23,359 nt of DNA from Kofleriaceae bacterium (GTDB lineage: Bacteria > Myxococcota_A > Polyangia > Haliangiales > Haliangiaceae), in NCBI GenBank assembly GCA_046597055.1, contig JBKJLC010000035.1, forward strand, positions 1 to 23,359. Reading direction: 5' to 3'. The position numbers and the translations under genes were made by a program. The notes under the pieces are model-generated. The model saw only the letters and a program-made list of their open reading frames with translations, ran no database searches and was not told the origin of the DNA. Numbering within the stretch: the stretch's first letter is position 1; each line of letters opens with the position of its first letter. Below are positions 1 through 8,532 of the stretch, one piece after another.

Positions 1-1453
1 GCGTCGACAGCGCGACCGAGGCCGCGATCGTCAGCGCGAACTGGCGGTAGATGAGGCCGGTGGTGCCGGGGAAGAAGGCGACCGGCACGAACACCGCGAC
101 CAGCACGATCGAGGTCGCGACCACCGCGCCGGCGACCTCGCGCATCGCGATCGAGGTCGCCTCGCGCACGCCGATCTTGCGCTCCGCGATCACCCGCTCG
201 ATGTTCTCGATCACGACGATCGCGTCGTCGACCACCAGGCCGGTGGCCAGGGTCAGGCCGAACAACGTCAGCGTGTTGATGGAGAAGCCGAACAGCTTGA
301 CCAGCGCGAACGTGCCGATCAGCGAGACCGGCAGGGTCAGCGCGGTGATCAGCACGCTGCGCCAGCCGTGCAGGAACAGGAAGATCACCAGGATGACGAG
401 CCCGATCGCCTCGGCCAGCGTCACGATGACCTCGTCGACCGACGCGCGCACCGCGAGGGTGGCGTCGGTGCCGGCCGCGTACTTCAGGCCGGGCGGGAAG
501 CTCTTCGACAGCCGGGCCAGCTCGCTGACCACGGCGTCGCGGACATCGAGCGCGTTGGCGGTCGGCAGCTGGAAGATGCCGAGCCCGACCCCGGGGTGGC
601 CGTTGAACAGGAGCGCCTGGCCGTAGTTCTCGGCGCCGAGCTCGACCCGGCCGACGTCCGCCAGCCGGACCAGCTCGCCGGCGTCGCCGCGCTGGATCAC
701 GATCTCGCCGAACTCGCCGGGCTCGATCAGCCGGCCCTGGGCGCGGACCGACAGCTGGTAGGGCTGATCGGGCGCCGACGGCGGCTGGCCGATCTGGCCG
801 GCCGCGATCTGGAGGTTCTGCTCCTGGAGCGCGCGCAAGACGTCCTGGGCGGTCAGCTTGCGGCGGGCCAGACGGGTCGGATCCAGCCACACCCGCATCG
901 CAAACTTGCGCTCGCCGAAGATGCGGACCTCGCCGACCCCGGGCACGCGCTTGAGTGCGTCCTTCAGGTAGACGTCGGCGTAGTTGCTGAGGAAGCCGGG
1001 GTCGTAGCGATCATCGTCGGTGTAGAGCCCGAAGCCGGCCAGCAGCTGGTTCGATGCCTTGTTGACCACGATGCCGGCCTGGTTGACCTGGGCCGGCAGG
1101 CGCGCCGCCGCGCGCGCGACCCGGTTCTGCACGTCGACCGCGGCGATCTCGAGATCGCGGGTCGGTTCGAAGGTCACGGTGATCTGGCTGAGCCCGTCGT
1201 TCGAGCTGCTCGACGAGATGTACTTCATGCCCTCGACGCCGTTGAGCTCCTGCTCGAGGGGGATCGTGACCGCGCTCTCGACCACGTCGGAGCTGGCGCC
1301 GATGTAGGTCGCGGTGACCGACACCTGCGGCGGGGCGAGATCGGGGTACTGCGCGATCGGCAGGCTCGGGATGGCGAGCCCGCCGGCGAGGGTGATGAGG
1401 ATCGCGCACACCGACGCGAACACCGGACGGCGGATGAAGAAGTCGACGAACAT
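1..1453 (-). CDS. RND efflux permease, AcrB/HAE1 family (partial; 3' end runs off the window)
   Basis: Not in the ORF track because it has no stop in the window. Manual translation from ATG at 1453 gives MFVDFFIRRPVFASVCAILITLAGGLAIPSLPIAQYPDLAPPQVSVTATYIGAS...PLEQELNGVEGMKYISS and the TM4 proton-relay motif GLVVDDAIVVIENIER. Confidence 0.96.
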   Translation of the reverse strand, partial: MFVDFFIRRPVFASVCAILITLAGGLAIPSLPIAQYPDLAPPQVSVTATYIGASSDVVESAVTIPLEQELNGVEGMKYISSSSSNDGLSQITVTFEPTRDLEIAAVDVQNRVARAAARLPAQVNQAGIVVNKASNQLLAGFGLYTDDDRYDPGFLSNYADVYLKDALKRVPGVGEVRIFGERKFAMRVWLDPTRLARRKLTAQDVLRALQEQNLQIAAGQIGQPPSAPDQPYQLSVRAQGRLIEPGEFGEIVIQRGDAGELVRLADVGRVELGAENYGQALLFNGHPGVGLGIFQLPTANALDVRDAVVSELARLSKSFPPGLKYAAGTDATLAVRASVDEVIVTLAEAIGLVILVIFLFLHGWRSVLITALTLPVSLIGTFALVKLFGFSINTLTLFGLTLATGLVVDDAIVVIENIERVIAERKIGVREATSIAMREVAGAVVATSIVLVAVFVPVAFFPGTTGLIYRQFALTIAASVALST

Positions 1454-1459
1454 GGTCGG

Positions 1460-2617
1460 TCACCGCCCCGGCTGGGCCGCGGCGGCCGAGGCCGCGGGCA
1501 GGGCCGGGACCGATGGCGCGGCGGGGACCGATGGCGCGGCGGGGGCCGCGGCCTTGATCGTCACCGGCACCCCGTCGCGCAGCGACTGGATGCCCGAGAT
1601 CGCGATCCGGTCGCCGGCGACCACGCCGCCGAGGACGAGGTAGCCCCGCGGGCCGAGCGCGCCGAGCTGCACCAGCCGGCGCTCGATCACCGGCTTGCCC
1701 TCGCGCTCGACCACGAGGAACACGAAGCCGGCGCCGCTCTGCCGCACCACCGCCAGCGCCGGCACCTGCAGCGCGGTCCCGACCGAGTAGATCACCCGGG
1801 CCCGCACCAGCTCGCTGGGTCGGAGGCCGACGTCGTTGGTGAACGCGGCCTTGACCGCGACCAGCTGGGTGCGCGGATCGGCGTCGGTGGCGACGAAGAA
1901 CGCCGGGGTGGTCAGCAGCACCGCGCCGTCGTCGCCGAGCACCTCGACCGGCGCGCCGGGCGCGAGCCCACGGGCCCGGTTGGCCGGCACCCCGATGGTG
2001 ACCTCGAGGCCGCCGTCGCCGGCGATCGTGGTGAGCCGGGTGGTCGCGGTGACGTAGTCGCCGAGCCGGACCTGGACGTCGCCGACCACGCCGGGCACCG
2101 GCGCGCGCACGACGTTGTCGCCGACCGCGACCCGGCGCTGCGAGACCTGGGCGCCGGCCGCGCGGACCGCGGCCGAGGCGGCGCCGACGTCGGCGCGGCG
2201 CTGATCGAGCTCCTGCGCGCTGGCCAGGCCCTCGCGATGGAGCGCCTCGGTCCGCGCCCGGGACTGCTCGGCGAGCGCGAGCGAGGCCGCGGCCGACTCG
2301 GCCTGGGCCGAGGCCGAGACCAGGGCCGCGCGCTCCTCGCGCGCGTCGACCTCGATCAGCGGCGCGCCGGCGGTGATCGCTTGACCCGGCTTGACATGGA
2401 TCTTGCGGACGTACCCCGCGACCTGCGGCAGCACCGTGACGCTGGCGCGCGACAGCAGCGAGCCCAGGTACTCGCCGGTGACCCGGGCCTCGGCCGGGGC
2501 CAGGGTCACCACCTCGACCTCGCGCGGCGGGGGCGGCGGCGGCTTGCCGGTTGCCTTGCTGTTGCCGCACGCAACCAGGGCCAGGACGACGGCGAGGACG
2601 ACGGTCAAGGCACGCAT
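1460..2617 (-). CDS. RND periplasmic adaptor (membrane fusion protein, AcrA/MexA-like), lipoprotein
   Basis: C-terminal 385 aa of track ORF 1460..3817. MRALTVVLAVVLALVAC lipobox, lipoyl-like halves (PQVAGYVRKIHVKPGQ; VRAPVPGVVG) around an alpha-hairpin; ends 6 bp before the RND start. Confidence 0.93.
   Translation of the reverse strand: MRALTVVLAVVLALVACGNSKATGKPPPPPPREVEVVTLAPAEARVTGEYLGSLLSRASVTVLPQVAGYVRKIHVKPGQAITAGAPLIEVDAREERAALVSASAQAESAAASLALAEQSRARTEALHREGLASAQELDQRRADVGAASAAVRAAGAQVSQRRVAVGDNVVRAPVPGVVGDVQVRLGDYVTATTRLTTIAGDGGLEVTIGVPANRARGLAPGAPVEVLGDDGAVLLTTPAFFVATDADPRTQLVAVKAAFTNDVGLRPSELVRARVIYSVGTALQVPALAVVRQSGAGFVFLVVEREGKPVIERRLVQLGALGPRGYLVLGGVVAGDRIAISGIQSLRDGVPVTIKAAAPAAPSVPAAPSVPALPAASAAAAQPGR
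1506..1541. repeat. 18-bp perfect tandem duplication encoding PAAPSV x2 in the MFP C-terminal tail
   Basis: gggaccgatggcgcggcg at 1506-1523 and again at 1524-1541. Confidence 0.85.
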
Positions 2618-4008
2618 CGGGACTCCGTGAGTAGCGCGTCGATCTGCGCGCCCTGGCGCGCGAACTCGCGCAGGGACAGCGTGAGCTCGGCCTGGCGCAG
2701 CGCGGCCGCGCTCTGCACCAGCTCGAGGCTGGTGGCGCGTCCGATCTCGAACGAACGGCGCGTCATCGCGTCGATCTTCTCGGCCAGCGCGCGGGCCTCG
2801 GCCGCGGTCGCGACCAGCGCGCCGGCGACCTCGCCGCCACGGCGGGCGCGGGTGAACTCGACCCGCGCCGCGCGGCGCACGTCCGCGGTCACCGCCACCG
2901 CTTCGGCCTCGGCCGCCGCCCGCTCGGCGAGGGTGGCCGCGCGCTGGCCGCCCTCCCAGATCGGCACCCGCAGCACCAGCGCGAGGCTCCACGACGGGAT
3001 CTGGCCCGGCGCGGGATCGGTGGTGAACGCCGACACGCTGGTGGTGAGGTCGACCGTCGGCAGGTACCCGGCGCGGGCCTGGGCCCGGAGCGCGCGCGCG
3101 GCCTCGACCTCGGCCTCGGCTGCCGCGAGATCGGCGCGCTCCTCGTCGCCACGCAGCGGCCGGCAGCGCGCAGCCAGCTCGGCCAGCAGGCCGTCGCCGG
3201 CCAGCCCGGCGCGCACCCCGACGTCGCCCTCGACGCCGAGCGCGAGCGCCAGCGCCTCGCGCGCGACCTGCAGCTCGTCGTCGCCGGCGATCAGCGCCGA
3301 GCGTGCCAGCGCCACATCCTGCGCGGTCCGGACCACGTCGAGCTCGGTGGCGGCGCCCAGCTCGAAGGTGCGCTTGCCGAGCGCGGCGCGCTCGAGCGAC
3401 TGGCGCAGCCCGACCCGGTTCAGCTCGGCGGCACGCTCGGAGGCGGCCACCGTGATGATCGCGCGCGCGACCTGCTGGGCGACCCGGCGCTCGGCGTCGA
3501 CCCGGTTGGCCACCGCGCCCCGCTGGTCGGCGGCGGCGACCGCGCGCCCGCGCCAGGCGGCGACGTCGAGGAGCGACTGACTCGCGCTGAGCGTCAGCGT
3601 GCCGAGCGGCGAGGTCGGCGCGTAGTCGGGGCCGGGCGGAACCCCGGGCGCCGTGCCCGGGTGGAGCAGATCCATCGTCGCCGCGGCCGACAGGTCGGCG
3701 GTCGGCAGCAGCGCGGCCCGCGCGCCGCGCACCCGCGCGGCAGCCCGAGCCACCCTGGCCTGGGCCCGACGGATGTCGGTGGCCCCGCTGGCGAGCAACC
3801 GCTGCGCGTCGGCCCACGAGGCCAGCTCGGTGCGCGCGCCCGCCGGGGGCGCCAGCAGTGGATCATCGATGACTGGCGCGAACCGCGGCAAGGGTGGCGC
3901 CGGCGGGGCCGGCTTGGCGGGTGCCCGTGGCGCCGGTTGCGCGTGGGCGACCCCGGTGGCGACAAACAAAGCGGCCACCAGGGCCGCGGTCGAGCGGGTT
4001 CGACACAT
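2605..4008 (-). CDS. TolC/OEP-family outer membrane efflux protein
   Basis: Signal peptide ending AHA-Q and two OEP repeats (AALLPTADLS / AGYLPTVDLT; RTFELGAATELDVV / RSFEIGRATSLELVQS). Overlaps the MFP start by 13 bp. Start ATG 4008 (GTG 4026 is an alternative). Confidence 0.92.
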   Translation of the reverse strand: MCRTRSTAALVAALFVATGVAHAQPAPRAPAKPAPPAPPLPRFAPVIDDPLLAPPAGARTELASWADAQRLLASGATDIRRAQARVARAAARVRGARAALLPTADLSAAATMDLLHPGTAPGVPPGPDYAPTSPLGTLTLSASQSLLDVAAWRGRAVAAADQRGAVANRVDAERRVAQQVARAIITVAASERAAELNRVGLRQSLERAALGKRTFELGAATELDVVRTAQDVALARSALIAGDDELQVAREALALALGVEGDVGVRAGLAGDGLLAELAARCRPLRGDEERADLAAAEAEVEAARALRAQARAGYLPTVDLTTSVSAFTTDPAPGQIPSWSLALVLRVPIWEGGQRAATLAERAAAEAEAVAVTADVRRAARVEFTRARRGGEVAGALVATAAEARALAEKIDAMTRRSFEIGRATSLELVQSAAALRQAELTLSLREFARQGAQIDALLTESRCVP

Positions 4009-4086
4009 CCGCTCGCGACTATGCACCAGCCGATGACGTGGGCAACGGCTGTCGTGGCGCCGACCCCGCGCGCGCGCCGCGCCCGA

Positions 4087-6495
4087 TCAGCGGGCCCGGA
4101 CCAGCTCGTCGATCAGCGCGCGCAGCCCGGCGTTGGTGAACGGCTTCTCGATCCGCTGGTTGGGCACGGTGTCGAGGAACCCGCGCGCGCGTGGCGTGAA
4201 CGCGCCGCCGGTCAGGAACACCATCCGGGCTGCCTGATCGGGCAGGCTGCGCAGCAGCTCGGCGTGCAGGTCCATGCCGGTCATCTGCGGCATCATCAGA
4301 TCGCACAGGATCACGTCGAACCGTGGGTCGGCGCGGATCGCGACGAGCGCGTCCATCGCGCTGTTGCACGCGATGACCGCGTGATCGGCGGCCAGCACCC
4401 GCTCGACGATCCGGGTCAAGATCGGCTCGTCGTCGACCAGCAGGATGCGGCCGCGGCGGGGCGCGGTGTCGGGCACCGGCGCGGTCGGCGACGCCGGCGC
4501 GGCCGCTGGCGCGGGCACCGCCGGGACCAGCGCCGGCAGCACGACCCGGAACACCGTGCCGGTGCCGAGCACGCTGTCGAACGAGATCTCGCCGCCGAGG
4601 CTGGTGACGATCCGGTGACAGATCGACAGGCCCAGGCCGGTGCCGACCCCGACCGGCTTGGTCGTGAAGAACGGCGTGAAGATCCGCCCGCGCGCGTCGG
4701 GGGGGATGCCGGCGCCGGTGTCGGCGATCGTGATCACCACCCGGCCCTCGCGGTCGGTCGTGGTCGCGATGCGGATCTGGTTCTGCTCGCTGTGGCCCTC
4801 GGGGATCGCCTGGGCCGCGTTGACCAGCAGGTTCAGGAACACCTGTCCGAGCCGCGACTCGTTGGCGAGCACCGCCGGCACCGGCGCGAGCGCCTTGACC
4901 AGCTGGGCCCGGTGCCGGATCTCGTTCGAGGCCATGCGCAGCATCGACTCGAGCACGCTGTGGACGTCGACCGGGCCGCGCTGGTCGTCCTCGGACCGCG
5001 CGAACACCTTCAGATCGACGACGATCTGGCGCACCCGCTCGGCGCCGTCGCGGGCGTCGCGCAGCTCGGCGAGCAGCTCGGGCGGCACCGCGATCCGCCG
5101 GCCTAGCTCGCTGACGTGACGCGCCACCAGCTCGAGGTTGGACACCACCGCGGCCAGCGGGTTGTTGATCTCGTGGGCGACCCCGGCCGCGAGGGTGCCG
5201 ATCGAAGCCATGCGATCGGCCACCGACAGCCGGGCCTCGGTGTGCTTGCGCTGGGTGACGTCGCGGATGACCATCACCGCGCCCACGATCGCGCCGGCCT
5301 TGCGGACGGGGCCAATGCTGGACGAGTACCAGGTCAGCTCGCCGCTGCGGTCGGGGTCGGCGGTCTCGACCGTGGCCGGCTCGCCGGTCGCGAACACGGT
5401 GGTCAGCGCCTGCTCGATCGGCGCCCAGGTGTGGGCCGGCAGGTGGCTCCGCCACGGCGTGCCGATGACCTGCTCGAGCTGCTGCCCGCGGGTGCGGTTG
5501 ATCGAGCGGATGGTGCCGTCGCGGTCGATGTTGATGATGATGTCGGGTGCGTTCTCGACCAGCGCCTGCCACTGCGCGCGCGACTCGACCAGCTTCCGCT
5601 CGGCCAGCCGCTGCTCGGTCACGTCGCGGATCACGGTGACCCCGCCGATGAGGGTGCCGTCGGCTGCCAGCAGCGGCCGCCCGCGCGAACAGGTCCAGTG
5701 CTCGTGGCCGTCGGGTCGGCGCAGGAACATCTCGACCTCGTCGGTCTGCTCGCCGCGCAGCGCCCGGAGCAGGGTGCCCTGCTCGGACGGAAACGGCGTC
5801 ACCTGGTCGGGCAAGAAGAAGCCGTTGCGCGCCGGCCAGTCCCCGCCGGCGTCCCCACCAGCGGTGCCCAGCAGCCGGGTCGCGGCCGGGTTGCGCAGGA
5901 TCACGTGACCGTCGGGCGCCGCCGCGACGATCACGCCCTCCGCGATGCTGTCGAGCACCAGCCGCAGCAGGGCGTCGTGGTCGTGCTCGCGCCGGGTCGC
6001 CTGGCGCTGTTCGGTGACGTCGATGACCGTGCCGATGAGCATCTCGGGTCGCCCGGTCGCATCGCGCCGCAGCTCGGCCTGGCCGTGGAGGATGCGGATG
6101 GCGCCATCGGCGCGCAGGATGCGATGATCGAGCGCGAACGGCACCCCGGTCGCGATCGTGCGCTGCAGCGCGCCCACCACGCCGGCATGGTCGTCCGGGT
6201 GGAGCGCGGCGAAGAACGCGGCGGCGGGCAGCTCGGCGCGGGGCTCGTGCCCGTAGATGCGGAACGCCTCGTCGGTGCACCGTAGCCGCGAGGCCGCGAG
6301 GTCGACCGGCTCGGCCAGGTCGGCCTCCCAGCTGCCGCACCGGGCCACACGCTGGGCGGCGGCGAGGTGCGCCTCGCTGCGCCGGAGCCGGCGTTCGGTG
6401 GCGCGGAGCTCCTCGATCACGACCTCGAGCCTGGGCCCGTCGACCGGGTCAGTGGGGTTCGTAGCGTCCGGATCTCTCGCGACGCGGTCAGGCAT
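4087..6495 (-). CDS. Cytoplasmic hybrid sensor histidine kinase (3 PAS/PAC + HisKA + HATPase_c + receiver)
   Basis: H-box AHEINNPL, N-box [14 protein letters not shown]1 DTGAG, F-box FTPFFTTK, G2 GTGLGLS; receiver ILLVDDE...DLMMPQMTG...KPF; three PAC ends (IDVTE, RDVTE, RDVTQ); no TM segment. Start uncertain (ATG 6495 chosen). Confidence 0.95.
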   Translation of the reverse strand: MPDRVARDPDATNPTDPVDGPRLEVVIEELRATERRLRRSEAHLAAAQRVARCGSWEADLAEPVDLAASRLRCTDEAFRIYGHEPRAELPAAAFFAALHPDDHAGVVGALQRTIATGVPFALDHRILRADGAIRILHGQAELRRDATGRPEMLIGTVIDVTEQRQATRREHDHDALLRLVLDSIAEGVIVAAAPDGHVILRNPAATRLLGTAGGDAGGDWPARNGFFLPDQVTPFPSEQGTLLRALRGEQTDEVEMFLRRPDGHEHWTCSRGRPLLAADGTLIGGVTVIRDVTEQRLAERKLVESRAQWQALVENAPDIIINIDRDGTIRSINRTRGQQLEQVIGTPWRSHLPAHTWAPIEQALTTVFATGEPATVETADPDRSGELTWYSSSIGPVRKAGAIVGAVMVIRDVTQRKHTEARLSVADRMASIGTLAAGVAHEINNPLAAVVSNLELVARHVSELGRRIAVPPELLAELRDARDGAERVRQIVVDLKVFARSEDDQRGPVDVHSVLESMLRMASNEIRHRAQLVKALAPVPAVLANESRLGQVFLNLLVNAAQAIPEGHSEQNQIRIATTTDREGRVVITIADTGAGIPPDARGRIFTPFFTTKPVGVGTGLGLSICHRIVTSLGGEISFDSVLGTGTVFRVVLPALVPAVPAPAAAPASPTAPVPDTAPRRGRILLVDDEPILTRIVERVLAADHAVIACNSAMDALVAIRADPRFDVILCDLMMPQMTGMDLHAELLRSLPDQAARMVFLTGGAFTPRARGFLDTVPNQRIEKPFTNAGLRALIDELVRAR

Positions 6496-6643
6496 GCTCA
6501 GGGCAGATCTTCGGCTGTTCTGGACGAAAAAACACCAGGCGCCAGGCGGCTTTCGTTCGCGCCGAGCGTGCGCGCGACCACGCCAATCAGCGCCAGCGCG
6601 AAATTGCCGGACCACCTTGGCGGGGACGGGCTAGCGTGTGGCG

Positions 6644-8452
6644 ATGTACCTGCGGACCTGGTGTTTCGGTCTCGCCCTGCTGTTCGCCGCGTGCGGTGAC
6701 AACGACGGCCCACCCCCGTGTGGCTCCGACTGCGCGAGCCAGCGTGCCTACGACGCGGTCGCGTACCGGCTGACCGCGCGGTTCGACTGGACCGCCGAGC
6801 GGCTGATCGCCAGCGAGGAGGTCACGCTGACCACCGCGCCCGAGACCCGGTTGATCCAGCTCGACTCCGCGGTGGCGGTGGCGCGGGTGTACGCCGGCAG
6901 CCAGGCGCTCGGGTTCACCGCCGATGGCGCCGGGCGCACCCTGACGGTCGACCTGTCGCCCCTGGTGCGCGACGGCGCCGAGGTCACCTTCACGATCGAC
7001 TACCAGGCGCCGCTGAACGACTCGCTGGTCGCGCCGCCGCAGGACGTCGAGGACCCGGTGACGTCGCGGGTGGTCTACACCAACTCCGAGCCCGACCGGG
7101 GCAGCGGGTGGCTGGTCGCCAAGCACGATCCTTCCGACCGCGCGCTGTTCACGGTGGAGCTGACCGTGCCGGCCGGCGACGACGCGATCGCCAACGGCGA
7201 GCGGGTCGCGGACGAGGTCCGCGATCAGGCCCGCGTGATCCGCTACCAGCTCGATCAGCCGATCCCGACGTACCTCATGGCGTTCGCGACCGGCCAGCTC
7301 GAGCATACCGATCGCACTGACGGCCGGGTGCCGCTCAGCCTGTGGTACCGGCGCGGCCTCGAGATCGATCCGTCGCGCAACCTCGACGTGGTCGTCGAGG
7401 ATCTGGCCCACTTCGAAGGCTTGATCGGCCCGTATCCGTGGGCCCGCTACGCGGTCGTGCTCTTGCCCGACTTTCCGGGCGGGATGGAGAACGCGACGAT
7501 CACGTTCAACAACGAGCGATCGGGGCTGGGTCAGGTCAGGCGCCGCCTCAACGCGCACGAGCTCGCTCACCAGTGGTTCGGCGACTGGGTCACGATGGAG
7601 ACCTACGACGACGTCTGGATCAAGGAGGGCCTGGCGACCCTCCTCGCCGCCGAGGCCCAGCGCGGCTGGCGTGACGACGAGGCGCGCGGCCGCCTGTTCG
7701 GCAGCGACTTCGGGTTCGCCCCGGACGACGCGATCGTCGACCGCAGCCTGACCGGCCTCGACAAGTACACCTCGGGGCCCTACGACCGCGCCGCGTGGTT
7801 GCTGACCCAGATCCGCTCCCAGGTCGGCGACGCGGCGTTCTGGGCGACCCTGCGCGGCGTGCTGGCCAGCCGCGCGCTCGGCCACATCGGCAGCGAGGCC
7901 TTCGTCCGCAGCTTCGCGCCCGCGCTCGACGAGGCGACGATCGTGCGCATCCTCGACTCGCTCGAGCAGTACGACGTGCCGACCGTCGCGGTCGCCAGCG
8001 TCCCGGTGGCGACCGGCACCGAGGTCACCTTCACCCTCTCCGATCCGACCGCGGCCCTGTTCGCGCCGATCGAGATCACGGTGGTCGATGCTGCCGGCAC
8101 GGTCGCGACCCGCCCCCTGGTCGCGCAGGAGCCGCTCACCGTGCTGGTCCCCACCGGCGGCTACCTCGCGCCGGACGAGCGCGACCGCCATCCCGAGCTC
8201 GGCCTGGTCGCCGCCACCGAGGCGGCCGAGGCACTCACCCCGTTGCTGGTGCCGACCAGCCCGGCCGCGCTCGACGTGTTCCTGTCGCGCTCGGCGGCCC
8301 ATCAGGAGCGGGCGACCTCGGCGGGCGACCAGGTCGCGCCACCACCCGACCTGGTCCGCCTGTGCGCGCTGCTCGACTCGCTGTGGGCGCGCGACGCGGT
8401 GGCGCCCCAAGGCTGCCCGCCGGTGGTGGACCCGGCCGACCCGGCCCGGTAG
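6644..8452 (+). CDS. M1-family zinc aminopeptidase, predicted lipoprotein
   Basis: LALLFAAC lipobox, GGMEN exopeptidase motif, HELAH-x18-E (HELAHQWFGDWVTMETYDDVWIKEG), downstream Tyr (GPYDRAA). Confidence 0.93.
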   Translation: MYLRTWCFGLALLFAACGDNDGPPPCGSDCASQRAYDAVAYRLTARFDWTAERLIASEEVTLTTAPETRLIQLDSAVAVARVYAGSQALGFTADGAGRTLTVDLSPLVRDGAEVTFTIDYQAPLNDSLVAPPQDVEDPVTSRVVYTNSEPDRGSGWLVAKHDPSDRALFTVELTVPAGDDAIANGERVADEVRDQARVIRYQLDQPIPTYLMAFATGQLEHTDRTDGRVPLSLWYRRGLEIDPSRNLDVVVEDLAHFEGLIGPYPWARYAVVLLPDFPGGMENATITFNNERSGLGQVRRRLNAHELAHQWFGDWVTMETYDDVWIKEGLATLLAAEAQRGWRDDEARGRLFGSDFGFAPDDAIVDRSLTGLDKYTSGPYDRAAWLLTQIRSQVGDAAFWATLRGVLASRALGHIGSEAFVRSFAPALDEATIVRILDSLEQYDVPTVAVASVPVATGTEVTFTLSDPTAALFAPIEITVVDAAGTVATRPLVAQEPLTVLVPTGGYLAPDERDRHPELGLVAATEAAEALTPLLVPTSPAALDVFLSRSAAHQERATSAGDQVAPPPDLVRLCALLDSLWARDAVAPQGCPPVVDPADPAR

Positions 8453-8532
8453 CGCGTCGCCTACCTGTACGACCCCACGCGGTCGCCACGCTGGCTTGTC
8501 GCCCGCGCGCACGCGTGGGACCGTCCCCCGCG

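Noticed and set aside
7795..8532. N-terminal extension of the second aminopeptidase (1108-aa track ORF), and similarly the 785-aa MFP ORF
   Set aside because: The extensions are Arg/Pro/Gly-rich off-frame readings of the upstream genes; the real starts are 8533 and 2617.
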